Source of the DNA: Convolutriloba macropyga
Taxonomy: Eukaryota
Assembly (NCBI RefSeq): GCF_964194025.1
Contig: NC_134474.1
Span: forward strand, 72,231,507-72,294,000
Direction of reading: 5' to 3'
Length of the DNA stretch: 62,494 bases
Shown: positions 61,979 to 62,494 of the stretch, one piece after another
How positions within the stretch are numbered: position 1 is the stretch's first letter
Layout of the letters: the number at the start of each line of letters is the position of its first letter
Made by a program: the position numbers and the translations under genes
Notes under the pieces: generated by a model
Told to the model about the DNA's origin: nothing
Databases searched by the model: none
What the model saw: only the letters and a program-made list of their open reading frames with translations

Positions 61979-62494
61979 ATATTGATAGAAAAACAACAAC
62001 AACAACTGGCTAAAAAAGTATTCAGTCCTCAAATAACAAAGTTTAAAAGACAAAGAATAATACCATTATATAAAGATGAAACATGGTCAGCTGATTTAAT
62101 TGATAAGTCATCTCTAAGTAAATACAATAGTAATTATAAGTTTATATTAACAGTTATAGATATATTCACAAAATATGCATGGGCTATTCCATTAAAGAAT
62201 AAATCTGGTTTATCAATAACTAATGGTTTTAAAATAGTATTAAGTGAACATCCACAAGGTGGCTCTGAACCTAGAAAACCAGAAAAGTTATGGGTAGATA
62301 GAGGTAGTGAGTTTTACAATAAAACATTTAAATCTTTACTTAAAGAATATGGAACCGGCAAAGCCGCTTCAGGGATAGAGCTATATTCTACTTATAGTGA
62401 TTTAAAGTCTGTGTTTATAGAGAGATTTAATAGAACATTATTACACATAATAAATAAATCAATGTTCATCAACGGCGATGGTAATTGGGTAAAT
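61979..62494 (+). CDS. int: Retroviral-like (rve/c-int) integrase of Polinton 2, partial
   Basis: Open frame to the window end: ETWSADLIDK...FILTVIDIFTKYAWAIPLKNKSG...KPEKLWVDRGSEFYN...IERFNRTL (D-D-E). The ATG at 61975 is out of frame by one base. Confidence 0.92.
   Translation, partial: MLIEKQQQQLAKKVFSPQITKFKRQRIIPLYKDETWSADLIDKSSLSKYNSNYKFILTVIDIFTKYAWAIPLKNKSGLSITNGFKIVLSEHPQGGSEPRKPEKLWVDRGSEFYNKTFKSLLKEYGTGKAASGIELYSTYSDLKSVFIERFNRTLLHIINKSMFINGDGNWVN

Larger units (their letters stand above)
56947..62494 (+). mobile_element. Second Polinton/Maverick-like element (very AT-rich, decaying); left boundary not defined, runs off the window end
   Basis: pPolB, a conserved Polinton ORF and an rve integrase in a compact, intronless arrangement; abrupt compositional shift near 56950. 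Confidence 0.92.

Overview
AT-rich eukaryotic (animal-like) genomic DNA, mostly nested transposable elements around one host gene. The host gene is a divergent EPG5-like autophagy gene carried on a single ~7.2 kb coding exon (~40889-48126, +). To its left is a precisely bounded, internally deleted Polinton/Maverick (27476-36270) with AGTAGT...ACTACT termini and a perfect 6-bp AATGGA target-site duplication. That element encodes a truncated pPolB with a VSR-like insertion. Its long terminal inverted repeats are asymmetric arrays of ~125-bp units that contain nuclear-receptor IR-1 and AP-1 motifs, and a 22-bp CRE-like minisatellite precedes polB. It is inserted in a CRE-like non-LTR retrotransposon relic. 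To the right is a second, unrelated, very AT-rich Polinton-like element (~56.9 kb to the window end). It has a disrupted pPolB carrying an endonuclease VII-like domain, a conserved core-like ORF and an rve integrase, and its genes contain short GC-rich mini-hairpin inserts. Other elements: a decayed env-bearing Gypsy retrovirus interrupted by a CR1-group LINE, a minus-strand Gypsy relic, a Penelope GIY-YIG fragment, tentative BEL and hAT relics, several MITEs and a tRNA-like SINE head. All family calls come from motifs read by eye; no searches were run, and the host species cannot be determined from this window.
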